Assembly (NCBI GenBank): GCA_965216755.1
Contig: CBDCGL010000011.1
Location: 3,168,001-3,232,000 of the forward strand
DNA: 64,000 nucleotides
Source of the DNA: Alphaproteobacteria bacterium
GTDB lineage: Bacteria > Pseudomonadota > Alphaproteobacteria > UBA7887
Direction: 5' to 3'
In this document: positions 1 to 11,136 of the stretch, piece after piece
Layout of the letters: the number at the start of each line of letters is the position of its first letter
Position numbering within the stretch: the first letter of the stretch is position 1
Translations under genes and position numbers: made by a program
Notes under the pieces: generated by a model
Told to the model about the DNA's origin: nothing
Database searches by the model: none
Seen by the model: only the letters and a program-made list of their open reading frames with translations

Positions 1-7
1 CGAGAAT

Positions 8-442
8 GTGCTGCGCGATGACGTCGCGCGCGCCAATGGTGACCGCGTGGCCTTGGCCCGCGCGGCGGTCCGCTTCGTTCACTCGCTGTTGACGGGACTG
101 TTGACATTGGGCCCTGAACATTGGCCGAAGCGGCTGATCATGCGTGAGATCGACCATCCGACCGGCGCTTTCGCGCGGCTTTATGAGGCTATTTTTGCAC
201 CGCTCAACGACAGCTTTCGCGACTTGGTCGCCGCCGCCACCGGGCGCGACCACCACGCCGAGGAAACGATCATTCTGTCGAGCGCTTTGTTGGGTGAATG
301 CCTTATCTTTCATCGCAATCGGGCGATCATTTTGCGCGCGTTGGATTGGTCGGACTATTCCGACGAGGCGATCGAACGCATTGTCGTCGTGGTTACACGT
401 GGGCTGCTGGCCGCATTGGACCTGCCAAATCCCGAAGAATAG
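8..442 (+). CDS. TetR/CecR(YbiH)-like regulator, C-terminal (DUF1956-like) part; probably begins before the window
   Basis: RLIMREIDHPTGAF...LLGECLIFH...LDWSDY pattern resembles CecR/YbiH C-terminal domains; no HTH inside the window. Confidence 0.65.
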   Translation: MLRDDVARANGDRVALARAAVRFVHSLLTGLLTLGPEHWPKRLIMREIDHPTGAFARLYEAIFAPLNDSFRDLVAAATGRDHHAEETIILSSALLGECLIFHRNRAIILRALDWSDYSDEAIERIVVVVTRGLLAALDLPNPEE

Positions 443-504
443 TCGCGGCGCGCGTAACCGCGCACCGCGTCAACAGATTTTCGTCAATCGATCACGCGGC
501 GGTT

Positions 505-2631
505 TCAACTGGCTTGTTGTTCGTCTTCCGTGGCAACACCGAGGTCGGCACCGGTTTCCTGATCGACAACCTTCATGCTCAAGCGGACTTTGCCGCGATC
601 GTCAATCCCCAACACCTTAACTTTGACCTTGTCGCCCTCGTTAACGACGTCGGCGACGGTGCGTACCCGCTTGGCGGCCAACTCGCTGATATGGACCAGA
701 CCGTCACGGGTGCCAATGAAATTCACAAACGCGCCGAAATCGACCACCTTGACCACCGTTCCATCGTAGATCTCGCCGACCTCCGGCTCGGCAACGATGT
801 CCTTGATCATCGCCACGGCGGCGTCGCTGGCCGTCGACGTGGTGGCCGCGACCTTGACGGTGCCATCGTCTTCGATATCGATCTTGGTGCCGGTCACCTC
901 GGTGATCTCGCGTATGACCTTGCCGCCAGTGCCGATCACTTCGCGAATTTTGTCGCGTGGTATCGACAAGGTGGTGATGCGCGGCGCGAACTCGTTTAGT
1001 GATTCCCGCGATTGTTCGATCACCTTGGCCATTTCGCCCAGAATGAACATGCGCCCGTCGCGGGCCTGATCCAAGGCGATCTGCATGATTTCCTCGGTGA
1101 TGCCGGTGATCTTGATGTCCATCTGCAGCGACGTGACGCCGGCGGACGTGCCGGCGACTTTGAAATCCATGTCGCCCAGGTGATCTTCGTCGCCCAAGAT
1201 GTCCGACAACACGACGTATTTGTCGCCCTCTTTGATCAAGCCCATGGCAATGCCGGCGACCGGCCGCGCGATGGGTACGCCGGCGTCCATCAGCGACAAC
1301 GAGGTGCCGCACACTGTCGCCATCGATGACGAGCCGTTTGATTCGGTAATCTCCGAGACCACGCGGACCGTATAGGGAAAAGCGTCCTTCTCGGGCATCA
1401 ACGGGTTGACAGCGCGCCAGGCCAATTTTCCATGGCCGATCTCGCGGCGCCCGGGCGAGCGCAGAAAACTGGCCTCGCCAACTGAATAGGGTGGAAAATT
1501 GTAGTGCAGCAAGAAATGCTGTCGGTATTCACCTTCCAACGCGTCGATCACTTGCTCGTCTTGGCCGGTCCCCAAAGTCGTCACCACCAGCGCCTGCGTC
1601 TCGCCCCGCGTAAACACGGCAGAGCCGTGCGACGTCGGCAATACACCGACCTCGATGTCGATCGGCCGCACAGTCTTGGTGTCGCGCCCATCGATGCGTT
1701 GGCCGGACTCAAGCACGGCGCCACGGACAATATCTTTTTCTAAGCTCTTCAGCGCACCACCAAGCACAACCGGATCGCGTTCTTCGCTTTCCGCGGCCGC
1801 GGCGATGTCTTGGCGGATCACATCAAGGCGTTCGACGCGCGTTTGCTTGATCACCTCGCCGTAGGCTTCGCGCAAGGGTGCTTCCGCGCGTTCGGCGACC
1901 CATGCGCGCGCCTCATCGACGCCGTCTCTCTCCGGCACGTCCCAGGGATCCTTAGCGCACTGCTCGGCCAAACTGATCGTCGCGTCGATGACTTTTTGCA
2001 TCTCGCGATGGCCATACATAACCGCGGCCAGCATGACGTCCTCGGGCAGCTCCTTGGCTTCGGATTCGACCATCAGCACCGCGTCGCGGGTACCCGCCAC
2101 AACCAGATCCAAACTGCTCTCCGCCAATTGTGTTGGCGTGGGATTGAGCACAAAAGCGTCGTCGACGCGTGCCACGCGGGCGCCGCCAATTGGGCCCAAA
2201 AACGGGATCCCGGAAATGGTCAGGGCCGCAGAGGCGCCAACCATGGCGACGATATCCGGATCATTCTCCAAATCGTGCGACAAAACCGTGCAAATGACCT
2301 GGGTTTCGTTATAGAAACCGCTGACGAAGAGTGGCCTTAACGGGCGGTCGATGAGACGAGAGGTCAGTGTTTCTTTTTCGTTCGGCCGACCTTCGCGCTT
2401 AAAAAAGCCGCCGGGAATCTTGCCGGCGGCAAACGTCTTTTCTTGATAGTTAACCGTCAACGGGAAAAAATCGATCCCGGATCTCGCCGATTTTTGCGCG
2501 ACCGCAGTACACAGTACGGTTGTCGCGCCATAGGTCGCCATGACCGCCCCGTCGGCCTGGCGCGCAATTTTTCCTGTCTCGAGTATGAGCGGCCGCCCGC
2601 CCCATTCAATCTCTGTCCGAAAGCCCTTCAT
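505..2631 (-). CDS. pnp: polyribonucleotide nucleotidyltransferase (PNPase)
   Basis: [47 protein letters not shown] and S1 domains. Confidence 0.99.
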   Translation of the reverse strand: MKGFRTEIEWGGRPLILETGKIARQADGAVMATYGATTVLCTAVAQKSARSGIDFFPLTVNYQEKTFAAGKIPGGFFKREGRPNEKETLTSRLIDRPLRPLFVSGFYNETQVICTVLSHDLENDPDIVAMVGASAALTISGIPFLGPIGGARVARVDDAFVLNPTPTQLAESSLDLVVAGTRDAVLMVESEAKELPEDVMLAAVMYGHREMQKVIDATISLAEQCAKDPWDVPERDGVDEARAWVAERAEAPLREAYGEVIKQTRVERLDVIRQDIAAAAESEERDPVVLGGALKSLEKDIVRGAVLESGQRIDGRDTKTVRPIDIEVGVLPTSHGSAVFTRGETQALVVTTLGTGQDEQVIDALEGEYRQHFLLHYNFPPYSVGEASFLRSPGRREIGHGKLAWRAVNPLMPEKDAFPYTVRVVSEITESNGSSSMATVCGTSLSLMDAGVPIARPVAGIAMGLIKEGDKYVVLSDILGDEDHLGDMDFKVAGTSAGVTSLQMDIKITGITEEIMQIALDQARDGRMFILGEMAKVIEQSRESLNEFAPRITTLSIPRDKIREVIGTGGKVIREITEVTGTKIDIEDDGTVKVAATTSTASDAAVAMIKDIVAEPEVGEIYDGTVVKVVDFGAFVNFIGTRDGLVHISELAAKRVRTVADVVNEGDKVKVKVLGIDDRGKVRLSMKVVDQETGADLGVATEDEQQAS

Positions 2632-2870
2632 TTTGCCACCAATTCATGTTGTCGCGGCCGCCGTTCAGCCGCCCCGGCGCGGTACGTCGCGCCAACCATT
2701 CGATCGCGCGGTCGACCCAAAGACAATGACGGCGCGCGCCCCAAAAAGGCACGACCCGCTGGGTCGACGGCGTAGCGATCATTCATGTTTCCATCCCAAC
2801 TGCACGCACGCGATATCTGTCGATCGACCGCCCGTGCGCGCCCCTGCCGTGCGCGGTTTGCCACAATCCG

Positions 2871-3140
2871 TCAGCGGCGCAAACCCAGCCGTTCGATCAG
2901 GCTGCGGTAACGGCCGCCATCTTTGCTTTTTAAGTAGTCAAGCAACCGTCGCCGCTGGCTCACCAACATTAACAGACCGCGCCGCGAATGCTTGTCCTTG
3001 GCGTGGGTCTTGAAATGCTCGGTTAGGTTCGCAATTCGCTCGGTCAGAATGGCAACTTGAACCTCCGGCGATCCGGTGTCGCCGGCACGCGTCGCATATT
3101 CGTTGATCAACTTGTGCTTACGCTCTGCGGTGATCGACAT
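2871..3140 (-). CDS. rpsO: 30S ribosomal protein S15
   Basis: 89 aa, [14 protein letters not shown]...DKHSRRGLL...LGLRR. Confidence 0.99.
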   Translation of the reverse strand: MSITAERKHKLINEYATRAGDTGSPEVQVAILTERIANLTEHFKTHAKDKHSRRGLLMLVSQRRRLLDYLKSKDGGRYRSLIERLGLRR

Positions 3141-3187
3141 CTCGAATATTTATCTCCTCACCCACCATCTCAGGCTGCGCGCACAGC

Positions 3188-4177
3188 CTATAAATTGAAC
3201 ACCCGTGTCGGCTGAATTTGGCCGTCAGCGAAATGCACCAACGCCACTGGGCGCTGGGCGAACATGGCGCACGCGATCGCTGGGGCAACGATGCGCTCAC
3301 CCGTCGCGTCGACTGGCGCCCGTACCAAAGGCACCGCTTGTCCACGCCGCAAGCGCGATACTTGATTTCCAGTGACGGGCAGAACCGGCACACCGGCCAA
3401 GCCAAATTCGATCGGCAATAGGCAGCGCGCAAGCGCGGCACTATCGGCCAGGTCGGCCAAATCGGCAAGCGAAATCGCGTGATCCAAAGTGAATGGCCCA
3501 ACGCGCGTGCGGCGTAGCGCACTGACATGGCCGGCCGTGCCCAACGCCTGCGCCAGATCGCGCGCCAACGCCCGTACATAGCCGCCCTTGCCGCACGTCA
3601 TTTCAAGTACCGCATGGTCGCGGTCGGGCGCCGAGATCAGTGTCAGGCTCTCAATCAGCACTGGCCGCGGCGCCAAACGCACTGCCTGATCGCGCCGCGC
3701 CAAATCATAGGCGCGGCGGCCGGCGACCTTGACCGCCGAATAAGTTGGCGGCACTTGCATGATCGTGCCGCAAAACGCCGGCAAGGCTGCTTCGATGTCA
3801 GCGGGGCTGGGGCGGTTGAGGGATCGGGCAATGGTCGCGCCGTCGGCATCGTCGGTGTCGCGTTGTTCGCCCCAGCACACTGTAAATCGGTAGCATTTCG
3901 TGCTGTCGACGACGAAGGTCATGGTCTTGGTCGCCTCGCCCAGGGCCAGCGGCAAGACGCCGGTCGCCAACGGATCCAACGTGCCGCCGTGGCCGACCTT
4001 GGTCGCCCGCGCGCGTCGCCGCACCCGACTGACCACATGGGTTGAGGTCATGCCGACGTCTTTGTCGACCACCAGCCAGCCGTTGAACGGTGGTGTCGCG
4101 CCCGACCGCTTGCTGCGTTGCGCCGTCGGCGCGGCGCCCGCGCCCGCGCCCACAGCCGTGTCGGTGTTAGCGCCCAT
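3188..4177 (-). CDS. truB: tRNA pseudouridine(55) synthase
   Basis: KVGHGGTLDPLATGVL, QVPPTYSAVK, CGKGGYVRAL. Confidence 0.98.
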   Translation of the reverse strand: MGANTDTAVGAGAGAAPTAQRSKRSGATPPFNGWLVVDKDVGMTSTHVVSRVRRRARATKVGHGGTLDPLATGVLPLALGEATKTMTFVVDSTKCYRFTVCWGEQRDTDDADGATIARSLNRPSPADIEAALPAFCGTIMQVPPTYSAVKVAGRRAYDLARRDQAVRLAPRPVLIESLTLISAPDRDHAVLEMTCGKGGYVRALARDLAQALGTAGHVSALRRTRVGPFTLDHAISLADLADLADSAALARCLLPIEFGLAGVPVLPVTGNQVSRLRRGQAVPLVRAPVDATGERIVAPAIACAMFAQRPVALVHFADGQIQPTRVFNL

Positions 4178-4613
4178 CGTGCGACTCGCTTTCTAGATGC
4201 GGTTGATCTTGATCGCCATCGACCGCGCTCGATCGGCGCGCGCGCCGCAGCAGAGCCTCGACATGATCCGCGTGATCGAATGACTCGTCTAAAGCGAATG
4301 ACAGGCGCGGTGTGAACTTGGTGCGCACCGACGGCGCGACGCTGCCGGCCAAGAATGGCGCCGCCCGTGCCAAGCCATCCAGCACCGACTCCGTATTCTT
4401 GCCACCAAGGGGCATGACAAAGACGGTCGCTTGGCGCATGTCGGGGCTCAGCCGAACCTCGGTCACCGTGATCGACACGCCAGCCAAGGCCGGATCGCGG
4501 ATATTCCCGCGCGCCAGCACATCCGACAATGCGTGCCGGATCGCCTCGCCAGCTTGCAACTGACGTTGACTTGGCTGGGTCCGCGGCCGGTTGCGGTCCG
4601 CATGTCTGGCCAT
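4167..4613 (-). CDS. rbfA: ribosome-binding factor A
   Basis: SQRQLQAGEAIRHAL, ITVTEVRLSPDM, FTPRLSFALDESF; ATG 4613 chosen just after the infB stop. Confidence 0.96.
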   Translation of the reverse strand: MARHADRNRPRTQPSQRQLQAGEAIRHALSDVLARGNIRDPALAGVSITVTEVRLSPDMRQATVFVMPLGGKNTESVLDGLARAAPFLAGSVAPSVRTKFTPRLSFALDESFDHADHVEALLRRARRSSAVDGDQDQPHLESESHDGR

Positions 4614-4626
4614 CCTGATCGGTGCC

Positions 4627-7254
4627 TTATCCGCCGATCGTGCGGGCGACTTCCTCGACCTCGTAGATTTCGATCGTATCGCCTTCCTTGATGTCCTGAT
4701 AATTCTCGAATGCCATACCGCATTCCATGCCCGCTCTGACCTCGCGGGCATCATCTTTATGCCGTTTCAAGGCGGCGATACTGCCATCGTGAATCACGAC
4801 GTCGTCGCGCAGCAAGCGCGCGCGCACGCCGCGCCGGGCGACGCCCTCGGTCACCTCGCAGCCAGCGATCTTGCCCACCTTGGAAATGGCAAAGACCTGC
4901 TTGACCCGCGCGTAGCCAAGCGTGGTTTCCCGCAAGGCCGGCGCCAACATGCCGGACAACAGCCCGTGCAGATCTTCGAGCAGCTCATAGATGATCGTGT
5001 AATAGCGGATATCGACACCATCGCGTCGGGCCGCTTGGCGGGCCGGATTGTCGGCGCGAACGTTGAAGCCGATCACCATCGCCCGAGACGCGTTGGCCAG
5101 GGCAATATCGGACTCGTTGATCCCGCCGACCCCTGACAACAGCACCCGCGTGGTGACCTCATCAGACTTGAGCTTGTCGATATTCGACAAGATCGCTTCC
5201 AGCGAGCCATGCACGTCGGCCTTGATCACCAAAGGCAATTCTTGGGCTTCGCCTTCTGAGATCTTGGTGAACAATTGCTCGACCGTGCCGCGCGCCGATG
5301 CCACCGCCTGCTGATCACGCAAACGCTTCTTGCGATATTCAGTGACTTCGCGCGCCCGACTTTCGTCTTCGACGACGACAACGTCGTCGCCAGCGACTGG
5401 CGTATCGTTCAAACCCAACACTTCGACCGGTTGCGATGGCGTGGCTTCAGTAACATTGCGGCCACGATCATCGACCACGGCGCGCACCCGCCCCCACTCG
5501 CTGCCGGCAACAACAATATCCCCGATACGGAGCGTGCCGCGTTGCACGAGAATTGTCGTGACCACGCCGCGACCCCGATCCCGTTTGGATTCGATCACCG
5601 CGCCGTGCGCCAGCCGCTCCGGGTTGGCTTTCAATTCCAGCACTTCGGCTTGCAGCAGGATCGCTTCTTCAAGTTTGTCGAGATTGGTTTTCTCTTTCGC
5701 CGACACCTGCACTTCCAAAACGTCGCCACCCATGCTCTCCACAACGACATTATGTTGCAACAGCTCGTTGCGCACCCGATCGGGGTTGGCGTCAGGACGG
5801 TCGATCTTGTTGATGGCGATGATCATCGGCGCCTCAGCCGCCTGCGCATGCTTGATTGCCTCGACCGTTTGCGGCATCACGCCGTCGTCGGCCGCGACAA
5901 CCAAAATCACGATATCGGTGGTCTTGGCCCCGCGTGAGCGCATTTGCGTGAAGGCTTCGTGGCCCGGCGTGTCAAGAAACGTGATTTGCGCCCCTGACGG
6001 CATCGTCACTTGATAGGCACCGATATGTTGGGTGATCCCGCCCGCCTCGCCACCGGCAACATCGCTGGCGCGCAATGCGTCAAGCAGCGAGGTTTTGCCG
6101 TGATCAACATGACCCATGACGGTCACGACCGGCGGTCGCGCCACCAGAGTTTCCGGGGTGTCGCTTTCGCCACCAAGACCAATTTCGACATCCGATTCGC
6201 TGACCCGTTTCGCCTTGTGGCCAAACTCGGCGACCACCAGTTCCGCGGTATCGGTGTCGAGTACTTGGTTGATGGTCGCCATCACACCTAATTTCATCAG
6301 CACCTTTACCACCTCGGCGCCGCGAATGGCCATCCGGCTTCCCAGCTCTTGCACGGTAATGGCCTCGGGCAGGACGACCTCGCGCACGACTTTCTTGGAG
6401 TCCGCCGCGGCGCCCTTCGCCGCCCTTTTTTCCCGCGCCCGCGCACGACGGACTGAGGCCAGGCTGCGCTGACGCTCTTCGTCGCTGAGCGCCTGAACCA
6501 CCGTCATCTTGCCGCTGCGACGTCGCTGCGGCTCGCCACGGCGGCCAATCGATAGGCGTCGCGCCTCGCCTTTTTTCCATGGCTTGGCCCCTGGCACCGA
6601 CGGCGCTTGCGCACCGCCGTCTTCGGCGCGGCGTTTGGCCGCCGGGCGGGCCCGCTCGCGGTCTGCCGCCGCTGGGGTGGAATCTGATGCCGGCGCGGCC
6701 GCCGGTTTCGGACGGCGTGCTTTGGTCTCGGGTTGTTTCGTCACCGCTTCTTTGGCTTTTGCCGCCGCCTCGGCTTCGGCGGCGGCTTTGCGCCGGGCTT
6801 CTTCCTCTTCTGCCAGACGCTTTTCTTCCGCAAGCCGCGCCGCACGTTCTGCGGCCTCTGCCCGCCGCCTTTCTTCTTCGGCTTCGCGCAGCTTGCGTTC
6901 CTCGATCTCGGCCAGACGCGCGCCTTCCAACGCCCGCGCCCGTGCCGCTCGTTCCGTTTCGGTGAGTGCTTTGATCGTGGCGCCGGTACGTTTTGCCGCG
7001 GCCTCTTCAACCACCTCCGCGGTTGCCGCCTCCATCGCCATTTCCGGCTTGGGATCCGTGACCTCGGTCATGCGGCCAGACGATGCGCGCTTGAACGTTC
7101 GCTTTTTCTTGACCTCAACTTGGACCGTCTTGCTGCGGCCATGCGAGAAATTCTGCCGCACTTGGCCGCTTTCGACCGTCTTACGCAGTTCCAGGCGACC
7201 GGGCCGGGACAGGCCCAGGACCTTTTTCTCGTTTTGGGGCTTTTCCTCGCTCAT
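4627..7254 (-). CDS. infB: translation initiation factor IF-2
   Basis: [38 protein letters not shown]. Confidence 0.99.
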   Translation of the reverse strand: MSEEKPQNEKKVLGLSRPGRLELRKTVESGQVRQNFSHGRSKTVQVEVKKKRTFKRASSGRMTEVTDPKPEMAMEAATAEVVEEAAAKRTGATIKALTETERAARARALEGARLAEIEERKLREAEEERRRAEAAERAARLAEEKRLAEEEEARRKAAAEAEAAAKAKEAVTKQPETKARRPKPAAAPASDSTPAAADRERARPAAKRRAEDGGAQAPSVPGAKPWKKGEARRLSIGRRGEPQRRRSGKMTVVQALSDEERQRSLASVRRARAREKRAAKGAAADSKKVVREVVLPEAITVQELGSRMAIRGAEVVKVLMKLGVMATINQVLDTDTAELVVAEFGHKAKRVSESDVEIGLGGESDTPETLVARPPVVTVMGHVDHGKTSLLDALRASDVAGGEAGGITQHIGAYQVTMPSGAQITFLDTPGHEAFTQMRSRGAKTTDIVILVVAADDGVMPQTVEAIKHAQAAEAPMIIAINKIDRPDANPDRVRNELLQHNVVVESMGGDVLEVQVSAKEKTNLDKLEEAILLQAEVLELKANPERLAHGAVIESKRDRGRGVVTTILVQRGTLRIGDIVVAGSEWGRVRAVVDDRGRNVTEATPSQPVEVLGLNDTPVAGDDVVVVEDESRAREVTEYRKKRLRDQQAVASARGTVEQLFTKISEGEAQELPLVIKADVHGSLEAILSNIDKLKSDEVTTRVLLSGVGGINESDIALANASRAMVIGFNVRADNPARQAARRDGVDIRYYTIIYELLEDLHGLLSGMLAPALRETTLGYARVKQVFAISKVGKIAGCEVTEGVARRGVRARLLRDDVVIHDGSIAALKRHKDDAREVRAGMECGMAFENYQDIKEGDTIEIYEVEEVARTIGG

Positions 7255-7271
7255 GGCCCAATATCCCTTAC

Positions 7272-7934
7272 CTATGCCGCGGCGCGCGGCTGATCCGTGG
7301 TGCCATCACCACAGCAACCCTTAAGCCGCACCACGTCCGCAATGAAGCGCCGACAGAGCGCGCCGGCACGATAACCGACATAGACCACATTGTGACGCCC
7401 CAAAGCCGCGCCGAGTTCGGCGCTGTCAAACATTGTCACGACATCTGCGATCGCGTCGTGCCGCATCGCCTTGACCAGTTTCGCACGTCCGTCGGCGCCA
7501 CTGTCATGCGCAATGATCACGGCACCGGCCTTGCTGGCCGCAACCATATCGGAGACCGCGCCAAATCCGGCAACAATTTCGCCGCCACGCCGACCAAGAC
7601 CAAGCAGATCCAAACAACGCCGCCGCAACAGCGCCGCGACCTGATCCGACAAATCATCAGCAACCACAAGGCCAGCCCCGTCGCCGCCCGCCCGCGCCTG
7701 TGCGTGGGCGAACACGTGGCCGGCGACAGCGCGATCGATATCGCGCCGCGTCGCCCGTATCCAAAACCCACGACCTGGCAAAGTCTCGGCGACATCCGGG
7801 ACGATTCGGTCGTCTGGCGCGCGGACAAAGCGCACCATTTGCCGCCGCGCCATTACGGCACGCGACACAAGACATCGCCGGCCGTCTGGCCGCAAGTCGT
7901 CGGTCGTGCGTTTGTTGCCAGCGAATCTTGTCAC
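7272..7934 (-). CDS. YlxR/DUF448 RNA-binding protein fused to an L7Ae-like domain
   Basis: RRCLVSR...VRFVRAPD...LPGRGFW; C-terminal LLGLGRRGG...ELGAALGR; located between nusA and infB. Confidence 0.88.
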   Translation of the reverse strand: MTRFAGNKRTTDDLRPDGRRCLVSRAVMARRQMVRFVRAPDDRIVPDVAETLPGRGFWIRATRRDIDRAVAGHVFAHAQARAGGDGAGLVVADDLSDQVAALLRRRCLDLLGLGRRGGEIVAGFGAVSDMVAASKAGAVIIAHDSGADGRAKLVKAMRHDAIADVVTMFDSAELGAALGRHNVVYVGYRAGALCRRFIADVVRLKGCCGDGTTDQPRAAA

Positions 7935-9517
7935 GTCGTTTCCGCGCTACCGACTGCGTCACTGGCCACATTTGCCGCCGGTGCCCCGTTGCCAGCCGCG
8001 GCGGCGTCGTCAGCAAACCAATGTGCCCGCGCCGCCATAATAATTTCGCCAAGATCGTCCACCGACAATTTCTCGTTCGACAAAATCTCCTGCAACTCGT
8101 CGACTGCGAGGTCGGCGAGGTCATCCAAGGTCTTGACCGACGCTTCGCCAAGCGCCACCTGCATCGCCGGACTCAGTTGGGTAATCGCTGCAATTTCGTC
8201 GGACACGCCCAGCGCCCGCCGCTTGTCGGAAAATTGCGAATCGCGTTCGACCAGATATTGGCGCCCGCGGGTTCTGAGTTCGTCGGCCAATGTTTCATCG
8301 AAGCCCTCGATTTCCGCCAATTCAGCAACCGGCACAAACGCGACTGTTTCAACCGAAGTGAATCCCTCGGTCACCAGCAGATGCGCGATCACGTCGTCGA
8401 CATTCAGCGCGTCCATGAACATGGCCGATGCCGCGCGCAGCTCCTCAACACGCCGTTCCGATTCTTGCCCTTCGGTCATGATATCGATGTCCCAGCCGGT
8501 CAGCTGAGAGGCCAGGCGCACGTTCTGTCCGCGCCGGCCGATCGCCAAACTGAGCTGATCATCGGGGACCACAACCTCAATGCGATTCTGTTCTTCGTCC
8601 AAAACCACTTTGGTGACTTCGGCCGGCGCCAAGGCATTGACAATGAATGTTGCCGGATCCGGGTTCCATTGAATGATGTCGATCTTCTCGCCCTGCAGCT
8701 CGTTGACCACCGCCTGCACACGGCTGCCGCGCATGCCGACACAAGCGCCGACCGGATCTATGCTGGAATCATTGGACAAGACGGCAATTTTTGCGCGGCT
8801 ACCCGGATCGCGCGCCACCGACTTGATCTCGATAATGCCATCGTAAATCTCGGGCACTTCCTGGCTGAACAGGCGGCTCATAAAGTCGGGTCGGGTACGC
8901 GACAGAAATATCTGCGGCCCGCGCGATTCCTCGCGCACGTCATAGATCAAGGCGCGCACCCGCTCGCCATTGCGAAAACTCTCGCGTGGCAAAATTTCGT
9001 CGCGGCGCAACATCGCTTCGGCGCGCCCCAGGTCAACCACGACATTGCCATATTCAATGCGTTTGACGAGCCCATTGACGATTTCGCCAACGCGATCCCG
9101 ATATTCATCATATTGACGCGAACGTTCGGCCTCGCGCACTTTTTGAACGATGACCTGCTTCGCCGCCTGTGCGGCGACCCGACCAAGGTCGATCGGCGGC
9201 AAGGGTTCCACCAACTGGTCGCCGAGTTTCAAATCGGCGTCGATTTCCTGGGCATCGACCAGCAAGATCTGGATCGCGTCGTCTTCAAGTTCATCGACCA
9301 CGTCGCGCACGCGCGACAATCGTATCTCGCCAGTCCTGCGATCAATCTCGGCACGAATTTCCAGCTCTTGGCCGTACTTTCGACGACCGGCGGTCTGGAT
9401 CGCCTGTTCCATTGCCTCGATGACAATTTCACGGTCGATCGTTTTGTCTCGGGCGACAGCATCGGCCACTTGCAAAAGCTCGGGCCGCATCAGTCCTTGG
9501 CCGATATCGCTTGGCAT
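7931..9517 (-). CDS. nusA: transcription termination/antitermination factor NusA
   Basis: ARDPGSRAKIAV, DPVGACVGMRGSRV, LAIGRRGQNVRLA; start refined to ATG 9517. Confidence 0.99.
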   Translation of the reverse strand: MPSDIGQGLMRPELLQVADAVARDKTIDREIVIEAMEQAIQTAGRRKYGQELEIRAEIDRRTGEIRLSRVRDVVDELEDDAIQILLVDAQEIDADLKLGDQLVEPLPPIDLGRVAAQAAKQVIVQKVREAERSRQYDEYRDRVGEIVNGLVKRIEYGNVVVDLGRAEAMLRRDEILPRESFRNGERVRALIYDVREESRGPQIFLSRTRPDFMSRLFSQEVPEIYDGIIEIKSVARDPGSRAKIAVLSNDSSIDPVGACVGMRGSRVQAVVNELQGEKIDIIQWNPDPATFIVNALAPAEVTKVVLDEEQNRIEVVVPDDQLSLAIGRRGQNVRLASQLTGWDIDIMTEGQESERRVEELRAASAMFMDALNVDDVIAHLLVTEGFTSVETVAFVPVAELAEIEGFDETLADELRTRGRQYLVERDSQFSDKRRALGVSDEIAAITQLSPAMQVALGEASVKTLDDLADLAVDELQEILSNEKLSVDDLGEIIMAARAHWFADDAAAAGNGAPAANVASDAVGSAETT

Positions 9518-9533
9518 CTTGCGTCGTTTGCCC

Positions 9534-10025
9534 CTAATTCCTGCGCTGCGTTGCCGCAATCAACTCGTCGGATAGCACCAGTTTGGCGTCGGCGATGGAG
9601 CCGAGAGGAATGTGCATGACACCGGCCGGTGGACCGATGTCAATTTGAACACTCTCGTCGCCAACCCCCGCCAGGCGGCCGCGAAATCGCTTACGCCCGT
9701 CGAACATTTGCGTCGTCTGAAGCTTGGCCTCGAAACCAATAAATCGCACGAAATCGGCCAGCTTGACCAACGGCCGATCAATGCCCGGCGAGCTCACCTC
9801 AAGATCGTATGCGCCCCGGACCAAATCTTCCACATCCAGCAGGGGCGACACCGCATTGCTGATCGCTGCACAATCGTCGACGGTCATGGGAGTCGCGTCA
9901 TGCCGTTCCGCCATGACCTGCAGCGTGCGCCGCTGCTCTCCCGAGAACCGCACCCGGACCAGTTCGTATCCCATAGCCCGAAGAGTCGGTTCGACCAGGC
10001 GTTCAATCGCCCGTACCGTTTCCAA
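9534..10025 (-). CDS. rimP: ribosome maturation factor RimP
   Basis: LEVSSPGIDRPL, GRKRFRG; probable TTG start at 10025 after a GGAGG ribosome-binding site. Confidence 0.96.
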   Translation of the reverse strand: METVRAIERLVEPTLRAMGYELVRVRFSGEQRRTLQVMAERHDATPMTVDDCAAISNAVSPLLDVEDLVRGAYDLEVSSPGIDRPLVKLADFVRFIGFEAKLQTTQMFDGRKRFRGRLAGVGDESVQIDIGPPAGVMHIPLGSIADAKLVLSDELIAATQRRN

Positions 10026-10073
10026 CGCGTCCGAGGCTCCTCCCAAATATCGTGGAAATCCAGACTTCAAAAC

Positions 10074-10096
10074 AAAAAAGTGGGCCGCTGGCCCAC
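10074..10096 (-). terminator. rimP leader intrinsic terminator/attenuator hairpin
   Basis: Minus strand GTGGGCC-AGC-GGCCCAC followed by TTTTTT, just upstream of rimP; rimP-leader terminators are an established class. Confidence 0.75.
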
Positions 10097-10211
10097 CGAC
10101 GGTCGCAATTGGCCTCTACGACCAGGCCGATACTTTTCTTGCGTCTTCTATATAACGAATGGCCCCTGCGCTTCAAGGGTCAGTCGATCGCCCGTCGCGC
10201 TCAGCCCACAT

Positions 10212-11027
10212 TCAATCGCCGCGTCGAAGGAAACTGAGATAGAGACACGGTCGTTGTACCGCGCGCGCCTTTTTTTCGTAGCGTGTTTCGGGCCAATCGG
10301 GTGTCCGCGCGCACCAATCTTGCGGCCCGCGCGCGGTCCACTGAAACGCCGAATGGCGCGACAAATGCGCCAGGATCCAGCGCAAGTAGGCCTGATGATC
10401 CGTGGCCACACGAAGCATGGCCCCCGGCTTCATGACACGCCCTAGCGAATCCAAAAAACCGACATTGAACAGCCGCCGCTTATGGTGTCGACGTTTCGGC
10501 CACGGATCCGGAAACAAGACAAAGACGCGATCGAGGCAGCGGCGCGGCAGATGATCGATCAGGGGCCGGGCGTCGTCGGGAAATAACCGGATATTTGTCA
10601 GCTGTTGGTCGTGAATCTGACTCAGCACGCGCGCCACGCCATTGATAAACGGCTCGCACCCGATCATGCCGACATGGGGATGCGCCCGCGCTTGCCAAAT
10701 CAAATGTTCGCCGGCGCCAAAACCAATCTCCAGCCAAGTCTGTTGGAGCGGCGGGGTGAACAACCGATCGACGGCGATGGACGGCGCCGTGCAAGCCGCC
10801 GGCAAGTGAATCGTCAAATCCGGCAGCATTGTTTCCAGCAAATGCCGCCGCTTGGCGCGCAGCTTGGGTCCGTGGCGGCGCCCATGGATGACATGCCGGC
10901 CAAGCGCCGACGCTTTGGCCGTTTGACCGGCCGGCGGGGCTAGAGCAGTGTCCGACAATATGGAACCATTCTGCCGGCGCGCATTTTCGCCAAGATCAAG
11001 TCGCTGTCTGCAGGGTGTATCGGGCAT
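10212..11027 (-). CDS. trmB: tRNA (guanine-N7)-methyltransferase; start codon uncertain and lies within the MITE (ATG 11027 or TTG 10958)
   Basis: GRRHG N-terminal motif, WLEIGFGAGEHL, GCEPFINGV, LFPDPWPKRRHHKRR, TRYEKKA. Confidence 0.95.
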   Translation of the reverse strand: MPDTPCRQRLDLGENARRQNGSILSDTALAPPAGQTAKASALGRHVIHGRRHGPKLRAKRRHLLETMLPDLTIHLPAACTAPSIAVDRLFTPPLQQTWLEIGFGAGEHLIWQARAHPHVGMIGCEPFINGVARVLSQIHDQQLTNIRLFPDDARPLIDHLPRRCLDRVFVLFPDPWPKRRHHKRRLFNVGFLDSLGRVMKPGAMLRVATDHQAYLRWILAHLSRHSAFQWTARGPQDWCARTPDWPETRYEKKARAVQRPCLYLSFLRRGD

Positions 11028-11136
11028 ACGGCCAAGGACAGAGACGCCGAGACTGGCGGAAAGGCGCCCGGCCCTGCGGGTTCGCGACCGGCGGGCACGA
11101 ACAGAATTAATTCAACATTGTCGGACACGGCACTAG
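10940..11136. mobile_element. palindromic miniature inverted-repeat element (MITE/RPE-like), copy 1
   Basis: CTAG-AGCAGTGTCCGACAAT...ATTGTCGGACACGGCA-CTAG; first ~100 nt nearly identical to the copies at 40336 and 61589; right CTAG contains the metK stop. Confidence 0.9.

Noticed and set aside
7700-9619. 639-aa antisense ORF over nusA, and similar long antisense ORFs over pnp, soeA, maeB, murJ and dnaK
   Set aside because: Shadow ORFs produced by high GC and codon bias opposite well-conserved genes; no recognisable motifs.
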